Source: an uncultured Chloroflexia bacterium
Lineage (GTDB): Bacteria; Chloroflexota; Anaerolineae; Anaerolineales; Villigracilaceae
NCBI GenBank assembly: GCA_963817265.1
Contig: CAWFNU010000017.1
Location: 10,511 to 74,510 of the forward strand
DNA: 64,000 nt
Reading direction: 5' to 3'
The stretch's first letter is position 1; every line of letters starts with the position of its first letter. A program made the position numbers and the translations under genes. Of the stretch, positions 43,841 to 53,065 are shown piece after piece. The notes below the pieces were generated by a model. That model worked only from the letters and a program-made list of their open reading frames with translations. It was not told where the DNA came from and searched no databases.

Positions 43841-44443
43841 CTAAGAGTTGTAATAAGGGTGAATTAAACTTAGTAATGATGGAAGCAGCCTCTTGTAACT
43901 ATAATCATTTTCTGAGACATCTAATCGAATGAGATGGTCCGATGATAGTGAGGAAACCCAGCTATCAAGGAAAGAAGAGAGTAATTGGTCGTCTCCCGCA
44001 TCGGCGATATTTATCCGTTTTCGCTTTGAAAGCCTTTTGGAGATGACATCTTGCGTGGCAGTCAAGTAAATAATCAAATCGGGCTGAGGCAGAAAAGCAC
44101 GGACCAATTCATAGAAACGTTTACACATATTAAATTCCGCCTCAGTCAGCCATTTACGGTATAGAAAAAGACGAGTAAATCCGTGAAAATCCATGTCCAA
44201 CCCCCCATCCATCAAGCCAGTATAAGTCGATTTTCGTATGAGCCGTTCTTGTTCAGCTCGAAGCAAAAGGTAATCAATTTGATTGGAAAGAGCATAATGA
44301 GGATCTTTCTTAAAAGCTTGCTGGAAAGGCCTGGTTTCGTGTTGTTCTAGTCCAACATTGAAAAACCTTTGTTTGGAAAGAGCTTTAACCAATGTCGTTT
44401 TACCGACTCCTGTGGTGCCGACTACCACGATAATTTTACCCAT
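43841..44443 (-). CDS. deoxynucleoside kinase family protein
   Basis: P-loop GTTGVGKTT, with dNK-like spacing of the QIDYLLLR, DGGLDMD and RLSKRKR (LID) segments. 200 aa. Confidence 0.65.
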   Translation of the reverse strand: MGKIIVVVGTTGVGKTTLVKALSKQRFFNVGLEQHETRPFQQAFKKDPHYALSNQIDYLLLRAEQERLIRKSTYTGLMDGGLDMDFHGFTRLFLYRKWLTEAEFNMCKRFYELVRAFLPQPDLIIYLTATQDVISKRLSKRKRINIADAGDDQLLSSFLDSWVSSLSSDHLIRLDVSENDYSYKRLLPSLLSLIHPYYNS

Positions 44444-44466
44444 TTTTGGATGTCACTACCCCATAA

Positions 44467-45675
44467 CTAATGTTTTCGTGCTGCAGCAAGGGCAGCAGTG
44501 ACCTGCTCGATATGCGATAGGGTGTGCGATTCAAGCTCGAGCACTTGGACAGCATTTAGAAAATAACTGGCTTTTCGATCAATAAATGATTTTGGTAGTG
44601 CAGCAAGAAAACCGACCATCTCGTCTGAAAGGCGTTTCAGCTCATCCAGCATTTGTTTGAAACTGCCATATGCCGTCACTGTAGCGTTGATATGAGCAGG
44701 CAGGTTACCGCCCCAATCATCGGCGAGGCGCTCATATCCCCCAACTGCATCATCCAGGTTGGAGATCCAGCCACGTTCGGTATGAATGAGATGTGCCAAA
44801 GTCTGTTTAGCGCTCCATTCCCCAGGAGCAGGTTCCCGATCTGCTTCAGCTTCTGTGGCGCCTTTGAAACAGTCCTGCAACCGGTGAAGAGTGTCGTCAT
44901 ATTTTTGGCGCACCTTTTTGGCCAATTCGACAGGTTGCCAGGAAACATCCGGGACTGGTCGTTTTGTCAGTTCCATTATCACAGAATGTTTCTGTGGGCC
45001 TCGGTAGTAGATTACCTCTACTTTATCCCCGCCTTTTTTCCCAGCCAGCGCTGCAACGAAACTTCCATAATCATTGGTAAGAGGCTTTCCGTTCAACTCG
45101 ATCAGCACGTCATCTTTGCATAGACCGGCAGCAAATGCGCCCATCCCCTCACGTACATCATCCAACCGACATCCTTGGATAACAGGCACCTTCAAGTTCC
45201 TGGCAATTTCCGGGTTAAAATCACTAATGTTTATCCCCAGCATAGGGCGATCGAATGTGCGTTTATCGAGCCCGGTCTCAAGGACTGAGGCCAGGTTGGG
45301 GAGGGTGGAATCCCATTCTGTCTTAAAACCCTTCGCACGCTCTACCCATTCTTCTCCATCTGGTACTATATGGGTTAACGTGACAAGAGTACCCCCATCT
45401 TTGGGAGTAAGGGAAACTGTCACATTCGTAGCAGCGGGTTCAAACCTGGCGAACCATTTAAATGTTACGGATTTATTTTCTTCCAAGGATACATATTCCC
45501 CAGCCGAGTAAAAATCGCCATGCCACCAAAGATACATACGTCCTCCTGGGCGGGGAGCAACGGTGGCAAAATCACATAACCATTCATGCAACGCCTCCGC
45601 GTGTGTGAGGGCATAATAGACCTGTGAAGGCTGAGCTTTAATCAATAGCTCCGAAGTAACATTTATAGTCATGAT
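44467..45675 (-). CDS. three-domain fusion: SRPBCC (AHSA1-like) + PDZ + DinB-like four-helix bundle
   Basis: The track ORF runs to 45714. The ATG at 45675 (MTINVTSELLIKAQPSQVYYALT) has GAAGGAGAGG upstream. The SRPBCC domain spans ~1-150. The PDZ-like segment is GINISDF..GCRLDDVREGMGAFAAGLCKDDVLIELNGKPL. The C-terminal DinB-like part is WSAKQTLAHLIHTE...HTLSH. Confidence 0.6.
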   Translation of the reverse strand: MMTINVTSELLIKAQPSQVYYALTHAEALHEWLCDFATVAPRPGGRMYLWWHGDFYSAGEYVSLEENKSVTFKWFARFEPAATNVTVSLTPKDGGTLVTLTHIVPDGEEWVERAKGFKTEWDSTLPNLASVLETGLDKRTFDRPMLGINISDFNPEIARNLKVPVIQGCRLDDVREGMGAFAAGLCKDDVLIELNGKPLTNDYGSFVAALAGKKGGDKVEVIYYRGPQKHSVIMELTKRPVPDVSWQPVELAKKVRQKYDDTLHRLQDCFKGATEAEADREPAPGEWSAKQTLAHLIHTERGWISNLDDAVGGYERLADDWGGNLPAHINATVTAYGSFKQMLDELKRLSDEMVGFLAALPKSFIDRKASYFLNAVQVLELESHTLSHIEQVTAALAAARKH

Positions 45676-45683
45676 CCTCTCCT

Positions 45684-46127
45684 TCAAATTTGATTTGCTG
45701 GATTCTTTAGCCATTCAGAAATATCCCTAAAATGCTCTTCCTCATGCTCACATAACATAATCATAAGATTTGCTGGAGTAGACTCCTCTCCCCAGGGAAC
45801 AATAAATGGACTTTCCAACATGTTTTTTGGGATTTGTTCAATAATATTTCGCAGTTTTTGTCGGGTACTTCGCCATTCCTTAAGTATTTGTTCTTCAGTA
45901 TATTCCCAGCGAGAAGAAATGGATACAGCGTTGTACTCATCGAGACTTTTAATATTGGGATTTGTCGATGGTTTATTATCAATATAAGCACGCAGCGAAT
46001 CGATTACCGCATCGTCCCAACCAGTTAAATGTGCTAAAACTGCTTTGATGGTCCAGCCTGGATAGAGTTGTTTTGTGGGGTCGATACGTGGGAGGAGAAC
46101 TTCTGTTTGATTGCGTGTCTCGTCCAT
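45684..46127 (-). CDS. DinB/ClbS-like four-helix-bundle protein
   Basis: 147 aa. WTIKAVLAHLTGWD and the C-terminal CEHEEEHFRDI fit the metal-binding histidine pattern of DinB-type bundles. Confidence 0.5.
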   Translation of the reverse strand: MDETRNQTEVLLPRIDPTKQLYPGWTIKAVLAHLTGWDDAVIDSLRAYIDNKPSTNPNIKSLDEYNAVSISSRWEYTEEQILKEWRSTRQKLRNIIEQIPKNMLESPFIVPWGEESTPANLMIMLCEHEEEHFRDISEWLKNPANQI

Positions 46128-46319
46128 GAGATGGAGCAGGTAATATCAATTCTGAACAGGCATTCCGTTCTCCTGAAGGCTTTATATATTTTACACCCTG
46201 CAAGTTTATTCAGTGACAACTTGGGGTACCCCACGTGTATAATCAGGAAGTTGAAGTGCTCCTTTTAATCTATTATATTGTGAGTTAATTTCTCATGTAA
46301 ATTCTTACATGTGTGATCT

Positions 46320-46985
46320 GTGCAATGGGCATATATGTTAGCAATATCTGAATTCGAAACAAAGCTTTCTCCTTGTCAACTTATTATTTTCCGGGAATTA
46401 TCCAATCCACTGGCTATACAGGCTTATCTGGATAGCATTCCTTATGTTGCGGAAGACCTGGATCGTTCGCCTTTACGGGTATTAACCGACAGGCAAGCTC
46501 ATTGCTTGGATGGAGGGATTTTTGCTGCTCTGGCTCTTGCTCGCATTGGTCACCGCCCGCTCATTGTAGATCTTGTTCCGGAATTTGGCGAGGACGACGA
46601 TCATGTTTTAGCATTATTCCAACAACTTGGCAAATGGGGGTGCATCGCCAAATCAAACTATGCCTTCCTGCGTTTCCGCGAGCCGGTATATCGGAATCTT
46701 CGTGAATTGGTTATGACTTATTTCGAGTGTTATACCAATAATAATAAGCAGAAAACCTTGCGTGGCTATACTCGTCCCCTGGACCTTTCAGTATTTTCTC
46801 AGGATTGGATGTGGAATGAAGGGGGGATTGCAGAAATTTCTCGCCGGTTGTATCGCCGAAAACCCGTTCGCTTGGTTTCACAGGAGGATGCTGCCAACTT
46901 GTCCTTATCCGATGACCGATTTTATAAAGCGAACACCCTGGGAACAAACTTTGACTGGGTTTTTGGTGTGCGTGACAATCCATAG
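46320..46985 (+). CDS. transglutaminase-like cysteine-protease-fold protein (hypothetical)
   Basis: There is a candidate Cys-His-Asp arrangement (..RQAHCLDGGIFAALAL....DDDHVLALF..). The start is uncertain (GTG 46320 or ATG 46335). Confidence 0.4.
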   Translation: MQWAYMLAISEFETKLSPCQLIIFRELSNPLAIQAYLDSIPYVAEDLDRSPLRVLTDRQAHCLDGGIFAALALARIGHRPLIVDLVPEFGEDDDHVLALFQQLGKWGCIAKSNYAFLRFREPVYRNLRELVMTYFECYTNNNKQKTLRGYTRPLDLSVFSQDWMWNEGGIAEISRRLYRRKPVRLVSQEDAANLSLSDDRFYKANTLGTNFDWVFGVRDNP

Positions 46986-47170
46986 ATCACCCGGAATTAC
47001 AGATTATAGTTACTCAATAATTTCATGCCATCGCGAAACCTCAGTTTTGTGTTGGAAAACCAAGGCGGTAAGGATTTGGAAACCCATAAAATTAAAAATT
47101 CCTGAGTGACAAAAAGTTGCTGACACTTTTCCAATTTCCAAGAAATATCTACAAGGTCGGGGCACTTAAT

Positions 47171-48567
47171 CTAGAAATCCTGACCCAAAAGGATTCCACT
47201 CCAGGGAGGAAGGCTCAAGGATATTTTTCCTCCACGGACGGAATAATTCCCACTATTGATTAGGTCCTGGAAAATTTGTCCTTCCTTGCACCCAACAGTG
47301 GAGCACGGAAGCTCTATCTGGGTCGTCCCGTGTTGGCGTTCAATGCGACAAGCACCTTTTCTTCGCCCAGTGTGCGTGCAAACGCGAATAATCTGTCATC
47401 GGCAAGTAGATGAACATAATTACCGCGGCGAAGGCAGGGGGTTCGTTTTCTCAATGCAATGAGCGATTTTACCCAGGTATATAGGTCCTGATTCCAGTCA
47501 GCTTCATTCCATGGGAATGCCCGCCTCGAATCTGGGTCTTTTCCCCCCTCCATGCCAATCTCGTCACCATAATAAATTCCTGGTGCCCCGGGGAACGCCA
47601 TCTGAAACAGAAATGCAATTTTTACCTTTTCGACAGACCCACCGACAATAGTTTTAAATCGCTCCGTATCGTGGCTGTCAAGTGGGACATACATTGCTAG
47701 TAGGTTTTCTGTGGGATACGTCTTGATCAGGGTGTTGATGCGATCATTGAATTGAATGGCACTTTCCCGGCCCTGGAGCAATCCCACCAGTGCATCCCGC
47801 ACTGGGTAATTCGTTAAACCATCAAAGTGTTTATCGTTAGCCCAGCGCGGATTTACATCCCAGATTTCCCCCAGAAGGTACGCGTCCCGGTTTCCAGATC
47901 GTACCACCCTACGGAACTCTGCCCAGAAATCATCATCATCAATCTCATTGGGGACATCCAACCGCCAACCGTCAATACCCTGATCGATCCAATACCGCGC
48001 GACATTAAATATGTAATTGCGGACATGGTTATTAGCAGTATTGAGTTTTGGAAGAGATTTATGGTTCCACCAGCCCTCGTAGTTTATTTGTTTCCTTTCA
48101 TCGTATGCATCCAACGGGAGTTCTTTGATATGGAACCAGTCTTTGTAAGCGGAATGTTCTCCATTTTCAAGGACGTCCACAAATGCAAAAAAGCCGCGCC
48201 CAACATGATTGAAGACACCATCAAGTACCAAACGAATTTCATTTTTATGGAGGGTATCAACCAGCACGCGAAAATCTGTCAATGTGCCGAGTTTGGGGTC
48301 TATCTGGTAGTAATCGCTGGTATTATATCGGTGGGTGGAAGGTGAGGAAAATATCGGGTTCAGATATATCGCGGTGATACCCAGGTCAAGTAAGTAATCA
48401 ATACGCTGGATAATGCCACGCAAGTCTCCTCCTTGAAATCCCCATAAAGTGGGTGCTGACCCCCACTTTTGAAGATTTGGAGGGTCATTTTCTGGATCTC
48501 CATTTGCAAACCGATCAGGGAATATTTGATAGAAAATTGCATCTTGAATCCAATAGGGAGTCGACAT
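47171..48567 (-). pseudogene. GH13 alpha-amylase-family enzyme (neopullulanase / cyclomaltodextrinase-like), frameshift before the C-terminal domain (~47320)
   Basis: The track ORF is 47314..48642 and the likely start is 48567 (MSTPYWIQDAIFYQIFPDRFANGD). GH13 regions are DGVFNHVG, GWRLDVPNEI, LLGEIW and LDSHDTERF. The ORF stops at ..VALNANTGRPR*, but the next frame continues as GTTQIELPCSTVGCKEGQIFQDLINSGNYSVRGGKISLSLPPWSGILLGQDF* (typical C-terminal beta-sandwich) and ends at ~47171. Confidence 0.85.
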
Positions 48568-48694
48568 TAAAATATTCCTTTGACCAATTTTAGAATGGCC
48601 GAATTTTACCGCAAATAAGAAACCCGGTATCTGTGAAGACACCGGGTGCTTCCACTATATCCAAGGCCAATAATTAACTGGTAAACGAGTGCCG

Positions 48695-49825
48695 TTAACC
48701 GCCAACTGAGACACCAATTAGCTTTCCAATCCCGAAGGTAATAATTGCAGCTAATAGACCAATGATCACCTGGCGGGATCCTGAATAAATGACATTCCTC
48801 CCAGTCATTAGGGTAATTGATGCACCCACCAGGAACAGGGCAATGGCACTCACTCCCATACTGGTATAAACAGCGATATTTCCTGTCAAAAAAGCAAAAG
48901 GTAGTAATGGGAAGAGAGCTCCCACTGCAAATAGGAAAAAGGATGTGATCGCAGCTACATATGCTGAGCCACCTAGTTCTTGTGGGTCAATGCTAAGTTC
49001 TTCTCGTGCAAGGGTATCGAGGATCGAATTTTGATCCGTAGCCATGATTGCAGCAGAAAGCTCACGGGCACGTGCTTCGGTTAATCCTTTGGCCTGGTAA
49101 ATGAGTGCTAATTCTTCCTGCTCTTCTGCGGGATTATTTTCAAGCTCTTCCTTCTCGATTTTAATTTGGTGGGCATATAGCTCACGCGAACTTTGTACTG
49201 ACAACCATTCTCCAAGGGCCATTGATCCAGCTCCCGCCAGCAGACCAGCGAATCCCGCGATAAACACATCGTGGCTGTTCAGATTGGCGCCCGCCACACC
49301 CATCACAAGGCTGAGGATCGATACTAATCCGTCGTTTGAACCCAAAACAGCTGCCCTAAGAGCATTACCCCCACCTGACTTATGCCGGCCTTCCATTTGA
49401 GCAACTATTCCCCCTGAAATCCCGCTAGTACTTTTTCCCGCCATCGTTAACAAACGGGCATGCGATTTCTCGTCAGAGGACATTCCATTTGCTTCCGCCT
49501 CCGGTTGGTTGTCGTAAGCTAAGCTGTCAGCCCGTTCGTTATTCGTTATCGTGGGGAGAACAAACTGGGGACCAAATCTCTTCGCTAGGAAAGCAAGGAT
49601 TCGAGCCCGTAAGCTTGGCGTGCGTGGCGATAAAATTATCCCGGCATCTTTTAATCGTTTTTCCCATGCTGACGCGTGTTTGTCTTCGCTGGATGCTAAT
49701 CGCATGTATAACTCTGATAACTTCTCTTGTTTCTCCGCATCTGCCAAGGCATGGTACAAGAATGCCCCATCAATTTCTTTTTGTAAGTTGGCTAAAAAAC
49801 GAGAATTATCATTTGTATTGGACAT
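48695..49825 (-). CDS. VIT1/CCC1-family iron/manganese transporter with an N-terminal ferritin-like (erythrin) domain
   Basis: The N-terminal four-helix ferritin-like region is EIDGAFLYHALADAE..EDKHASAWE. The VIT1 core is NALRAAVLGSNDGLVSILSLVMGVAGA, with C-terminal TM helices. Confidence 0.8.
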   Translation of the reverse strand: MSNTNDNSRFLANLQKEIDGAFLYHALADAEKQEKLSELYMRLASSEDKHASAWEKRLKDAGIILSPRTPSLRARILAFLAKRFGPQFVLPTITNNERADSLAYDNQPEAEANGMSSDEKSHARLLTMAGKSTSGISGGIVAQMEGRHKSGGGNALRAAVLGSNDGLVSILSLVMGVAGANLNSHDVFIAGFAGLLAGAGSMALGEWLSVQSSRELYAHQIKIEKEELENNPAEEQEELALIYQAKGLTEARARELSAAIMATDQNSILDTLAREELSIDPQELGGSAYVAAITSFFLFAVGALFPLLPFAFLTGNIAVYTSMGVSAIALFLVGASITLMTGRNVIYSGSRQVIIGLLAAIITFGIGKLIGVSVGG

Positions 49826-50083
49826 ATCTCCCTTTCATTTTCGGGAATAATTAATCCCTCTAGTCTGCTCTTCAAATGGAATGGATTGTCAGATACATCT
49901 AGGTATGGGTATCAGCATGAAAATTGAAAGCTTCCTGATTTTATCCAAGCTAATAATTTTACCTTAATTAAACAGCGACACATATGCTTAAGAAGGACAC
50001 AAAAAAAGCGACACCATAAATTTGAAATATCCCAAATTTGATGGAATATCAATTCCGTGGAAACGATAATAATAATATTCGCA

Positions 50084-51073
50084 TTACATTATTCGGTGGG
50101 ATAAATCTGCCAGCTTGGCCAGCTCTTCATCAGAAAGCGTGAAGCCCATAGCACCAGCACTTTCTTCCGCTTGGAGAGCTTTTGTTGCACCTGGAATCGT
50201 CACAACTAACTCCCCGTTAAAGGTGATCAACCAATTCAATGCAACTTGGGCAACGGTGCCGGTATGGGTCGAGGCGATCTCTTCCATCAAGTTGATAAGC
50301 GGACGTGTCCGCTCGATATCTTTCTTGATTCCTGCCTTACGCCAGCCAGGCATGTGGTCAAGGAGTCCTGGGTTCTTGTGATACTTCCCTGTTAACAGCC
50401 CACGAGCCACTGGTGTGTAAGCAATGATGGTAATCCCTAATTCCTTGGCTGTATCAAGTATCCCATTCGTTTCGATTTGCCGGCTCAATAAACTGTACCG
50501 TACCTGATTGACTGCCAGTGGAATTCCTCGTTTCGCCAGTGCTGAATGCGCTCTCCTCATTCTGGACGAACTGAAGTTGCTCACCCCCACCGAGCGGATT
50601 TTTCCTGCTTCTAACAAATCAGCCATTGCATTCATTTCTGCTTCAGGTGACGAAAAACTATATGGTTGGTGAATCATATAATTACCGATGCTGTAACCGT
50701 CCAAAAAATATAACCGGTCTTTAATGGTATGAGAAATATTACCAGCTGTTCTAAAAAGTGGCATCCATTTTGTGGCAATGACAACCTCTGTGTCAGATTT
50801 CCCTGCGGCTTTAAGACCGGTTGCTAATGATTGTTCTGACACTCCTGATCCATACATTTCCGCTGTGTCGAACCAATTGATCCCTCCATCCAGCGCCGCT
50901 TTGATAATGTCATTTTTTTCTTCCTGGGGGATTACCGGGAACATGCTTCCTATCAATCCGCCTCCCCCCGCCAACTCCATCACGCCTAAACCGATCGGCG
51001 TGACGAGGATGTCCGTTTTTCCTAAGTGTCGCAATTGCATCTTTCTATTTATTTCCATTTTATATTCCACCAT
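50084..51073 (-). CDS. aldo/keto reductase
   Basis: LGLGVMEL, WFDTAEMYG, IHQP and VGVSNF. The start is ambiguous (51073, 51058 or 51040). Confidence 0.88.
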   Translation of the reverse strand: MVEYKMEINRKMQLRHLGKTDILVTPIGLGVMELAGGGGLIGSMFPVIPQEEKNDIIKAALDGGINWFDTAEMYGSGVSEQSLATGLKAAGKSDTEVVIATKWMPLFRTAGNISHTIKDRLYFLDGYSIGNYMIHQPYSFSSPEAEMNAMADLLEAGKIRSVGVSNFSSSRMRRAHSALAKRGIPLAVNQVRYSLLSRQIETNGILDTAKELGITIIAYTPVARGLLTGKYHKNPGLLDHMPGWRKAGIKKDIERTRPLINLMEEIASTHTGTVAQVALNWLITFNGELVVTIPGATKALQAEESAGAMGFTLSDEELAKLADLSHRIM

Positions 51074-51090
51074 GAATCCCTCTGCTAATG

Positions 51091-51142
51091 TTTTCCAGCC
51101 TCCCCCAAAATCCGATCAGATAGTTGGGGAGGGGCTGGAAAA
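51091..51142. other. long imperfect hairpin between the ABC operon and the AKR gene (possible terminator)
   Basis: ttttccagcctccccc ... ggggaggggctggaaaa forms a ~15-bp GC-rich stem with one bulge and a ~19-nt loop. No clear U-tail beyond the A/T ends of the stem. Confidence 0.4.
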
Positions 51143-51172
51143 GTGATTGACGTAGGTGAATTCTCTTTCAAC

Positions 51173-53065
51173 TTATATTTCTTTGCCTTCGAACTGACTG
51201 TTGTAAAGCTCTGCATAGAATCCTTTTTTCGCCAGCAATTTCGTGTGCTTCCCTTGTTCAACGATATCTCCATCTTTCATGACCAGGATCCAGTCCGCGT
51301 CGCGAATTGTGGAAAGACGGTGGGCGATGATAAAACTGGTCCGCCCCTTCATCAAGGTATCCATTGCTTTTTGAATCTGGATCTCGGTATGTGTGTCGAC
51401 TGAACTTGTGGCTTCATCCAGGATTAAGATTTTGGGATCTGCTAGAAAAGCACGGGCGATCGTCATTAGCTGCATTTGACCCTGGGAAATATTGGAGGTC
51501 TCCTCATTGATTACCATGTTGTAGCCCTCTGGCAAAGTTCGGACAAAATGGTCAACCCTCGCAGCTTTGGCAGCATTTATTACATCTTCATCGGAAGCAT
51601 TCGAGCGACCATAGCGGATATTTTCCATGATGGGTCCGTTATAGAGCCAGGTATCCTGCAACACCATGCCAAACATGCAGCGCAAATCGCCACGGGTGAA
51701 ATCCTTGATATTATGACCATCCACCAGGATTTCTCCGGTGTTGACGTCATAGAAGCGCATGAGCAATTTAACCATGGTGGTTTTACCCGCGCCAGTGGGA
51801 CCTACAATAGCGATCTTCTGGCCGGGTTCTGCATAAAAAGTAAAGTCATTGATGATGATCTTGTCCGGGTTATAACCGAAGTGAACGTTCTTAAAATCCA
51901 CACGCCCTTCCACCTTATCCACCTTGACCGGGGTTAGGGTGTCGGGTATTTCTTCCGGTTCAGCCAGGAACTGGAACACGCGCTCAGCAGCGGCCATTGT
52001 TTGCTGAAGAATGTTGGAAATGTTGGCAATTTGAGAGATTGGTTGTGTATACGATCGAACATATTGGATAAATGCCTGGATATCTCCGATGGTAATGGTT
52101 CCGTTGACAGCCAGGTAGCCGCCTAAAATGCAAATTGCTACATACCCCAGGTTGCCGACGAAATTCATGATTGGGAATAATAGACCGGTAAGGAACTGCG
52201 ATTTCCACGCAGAGTCAAAGAGGGTTCCGTTGATTTGATCAAATTGCTCAACGCTCTTCGCTTCCCCGTTAAAGGCTTTCATCACTACGTGCCCGCCATA
52301 CATTTCTTCAACATGACCGTTTATGTGTCCTAGGTAATCCTGCTGGCGTTTAAAAAAGACCTGTGACTTTCCAACGATCAATCCAATGATGCCAAAGGAC
52401 AAGGGAAGAATCGCCAATGCTACCAGGGTCATTTGCCAACTGATGGTGAACATCATCACAATTATCCCGACCACGGTGGCGATGGATGTAATGATTTGAG
52501 TTAAGCTCTGGTTAAGGGTCTGACTTACCGTGTCAACATCATTGGTTATCCTGGAGAGCACTTCGCCGTGACTTGTGCTGTCAAAATACTTCAATGGCAT
52601 CCGGTTGATCTTTTCAGCGATGTCCTTACGGAAGCGGTATGTAATATTCATAGCTACGTTGGACATGATCCAACCTTGCCCATAACTAAGCATCGCAGAC
52701 ACCACGTAAAGTAATAAGATCTCTACAATGATGTTACCGATATACACAAAATCGACCGAGCCTGTTCCAGCGATCTGGGCCATCACCCCCTCGAAAAGCT
52801 TGGTGGTGGCATTCCCAAGAATCTTTGGTCCGATAATCATCGCCGCTGTTGAAGCGATAGCAAGCAGCCAGATGAATAATATTAAAACGCGGTATCTCCC
52901 CAGGTATCGAACCAGTTTGGTCAAGGTGCCTTTGAAATCACGAGGTTTCTCCCCCCTTCTCATCATAGCCATCGGGCCGCCGCCCATCGGACCGCGTCCG
53001 CCCATCGGGCCACGCTCTCCCGCAGGGGGGGTATTGGTAGGTGGATTGCTGCTATGCATGTTCAT
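51173..53065 (-). CDS. ABC exporter, fused TMD-NBD half transporter (multidrug/lipid type), subunit B
   Basis: 630 aa with 6 TM helices. Walker A GPTGAGKTT, signature ISQGQMQL, Walker B ILILDEATSSVD and an H-loop. The Gly/Pro-rich N-terminal tail is unusual. It overlaps the upstream partner by 4 nt. Confidence 0.9.
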   Translation of the reverse strand: MNMHSSNPPTNTPPAGERGPMGGRGPMGGGPMAMMRRGEKPRDFKGTLTKLVRYLGRYRVLILFIWLLAIASTAAMIIGPKILGNATTKLFEGVMAQIAGTGSVDFVYIGNIIVEILLLYVVSAMLSYGQGWIMSNVAMNITYRFRKDIAEKINRMPLKYFDSTSHGEVLSRITNDVDTVSQTLNQSLTQIITSIATVVGIIVMMFTISWQMTLVALAILPLSFGIIGLIVGKSQVFFKRQQDYLGHINGHVEEMYGGHVVMKAFNGEAKSVEQFDQINGTLFDSAWKSQFLTGLLFPIMNFVGNLGYVAICILGGYLAVNGTITIGDIQAFIQYVRSYTQPISQIANISNILQQTMAAAERVFQFLAEPEEIPDTLTPVKVDKVEGRVDFKNVHFGYNPDKIIINDFTFYAEPGQKIAIVGPTGAGKTTMVKLLMRFYDVNTGEILVDGHNIKDFTRGDLRCMFGMVLQDTWLYNGPIMENIRYGRSNASDEDVINAAKAARVDHFVRTLPEGYNMVINEETSNISQGQMQLMTIARAFLADPKILILDEATSSVDTHTEIQIQKAMDTLMKGRTSFIIAHRLSTIRDADWILVMKDGDIVEQGKHTKLLAKKGFYAELYNSQFEGKEI

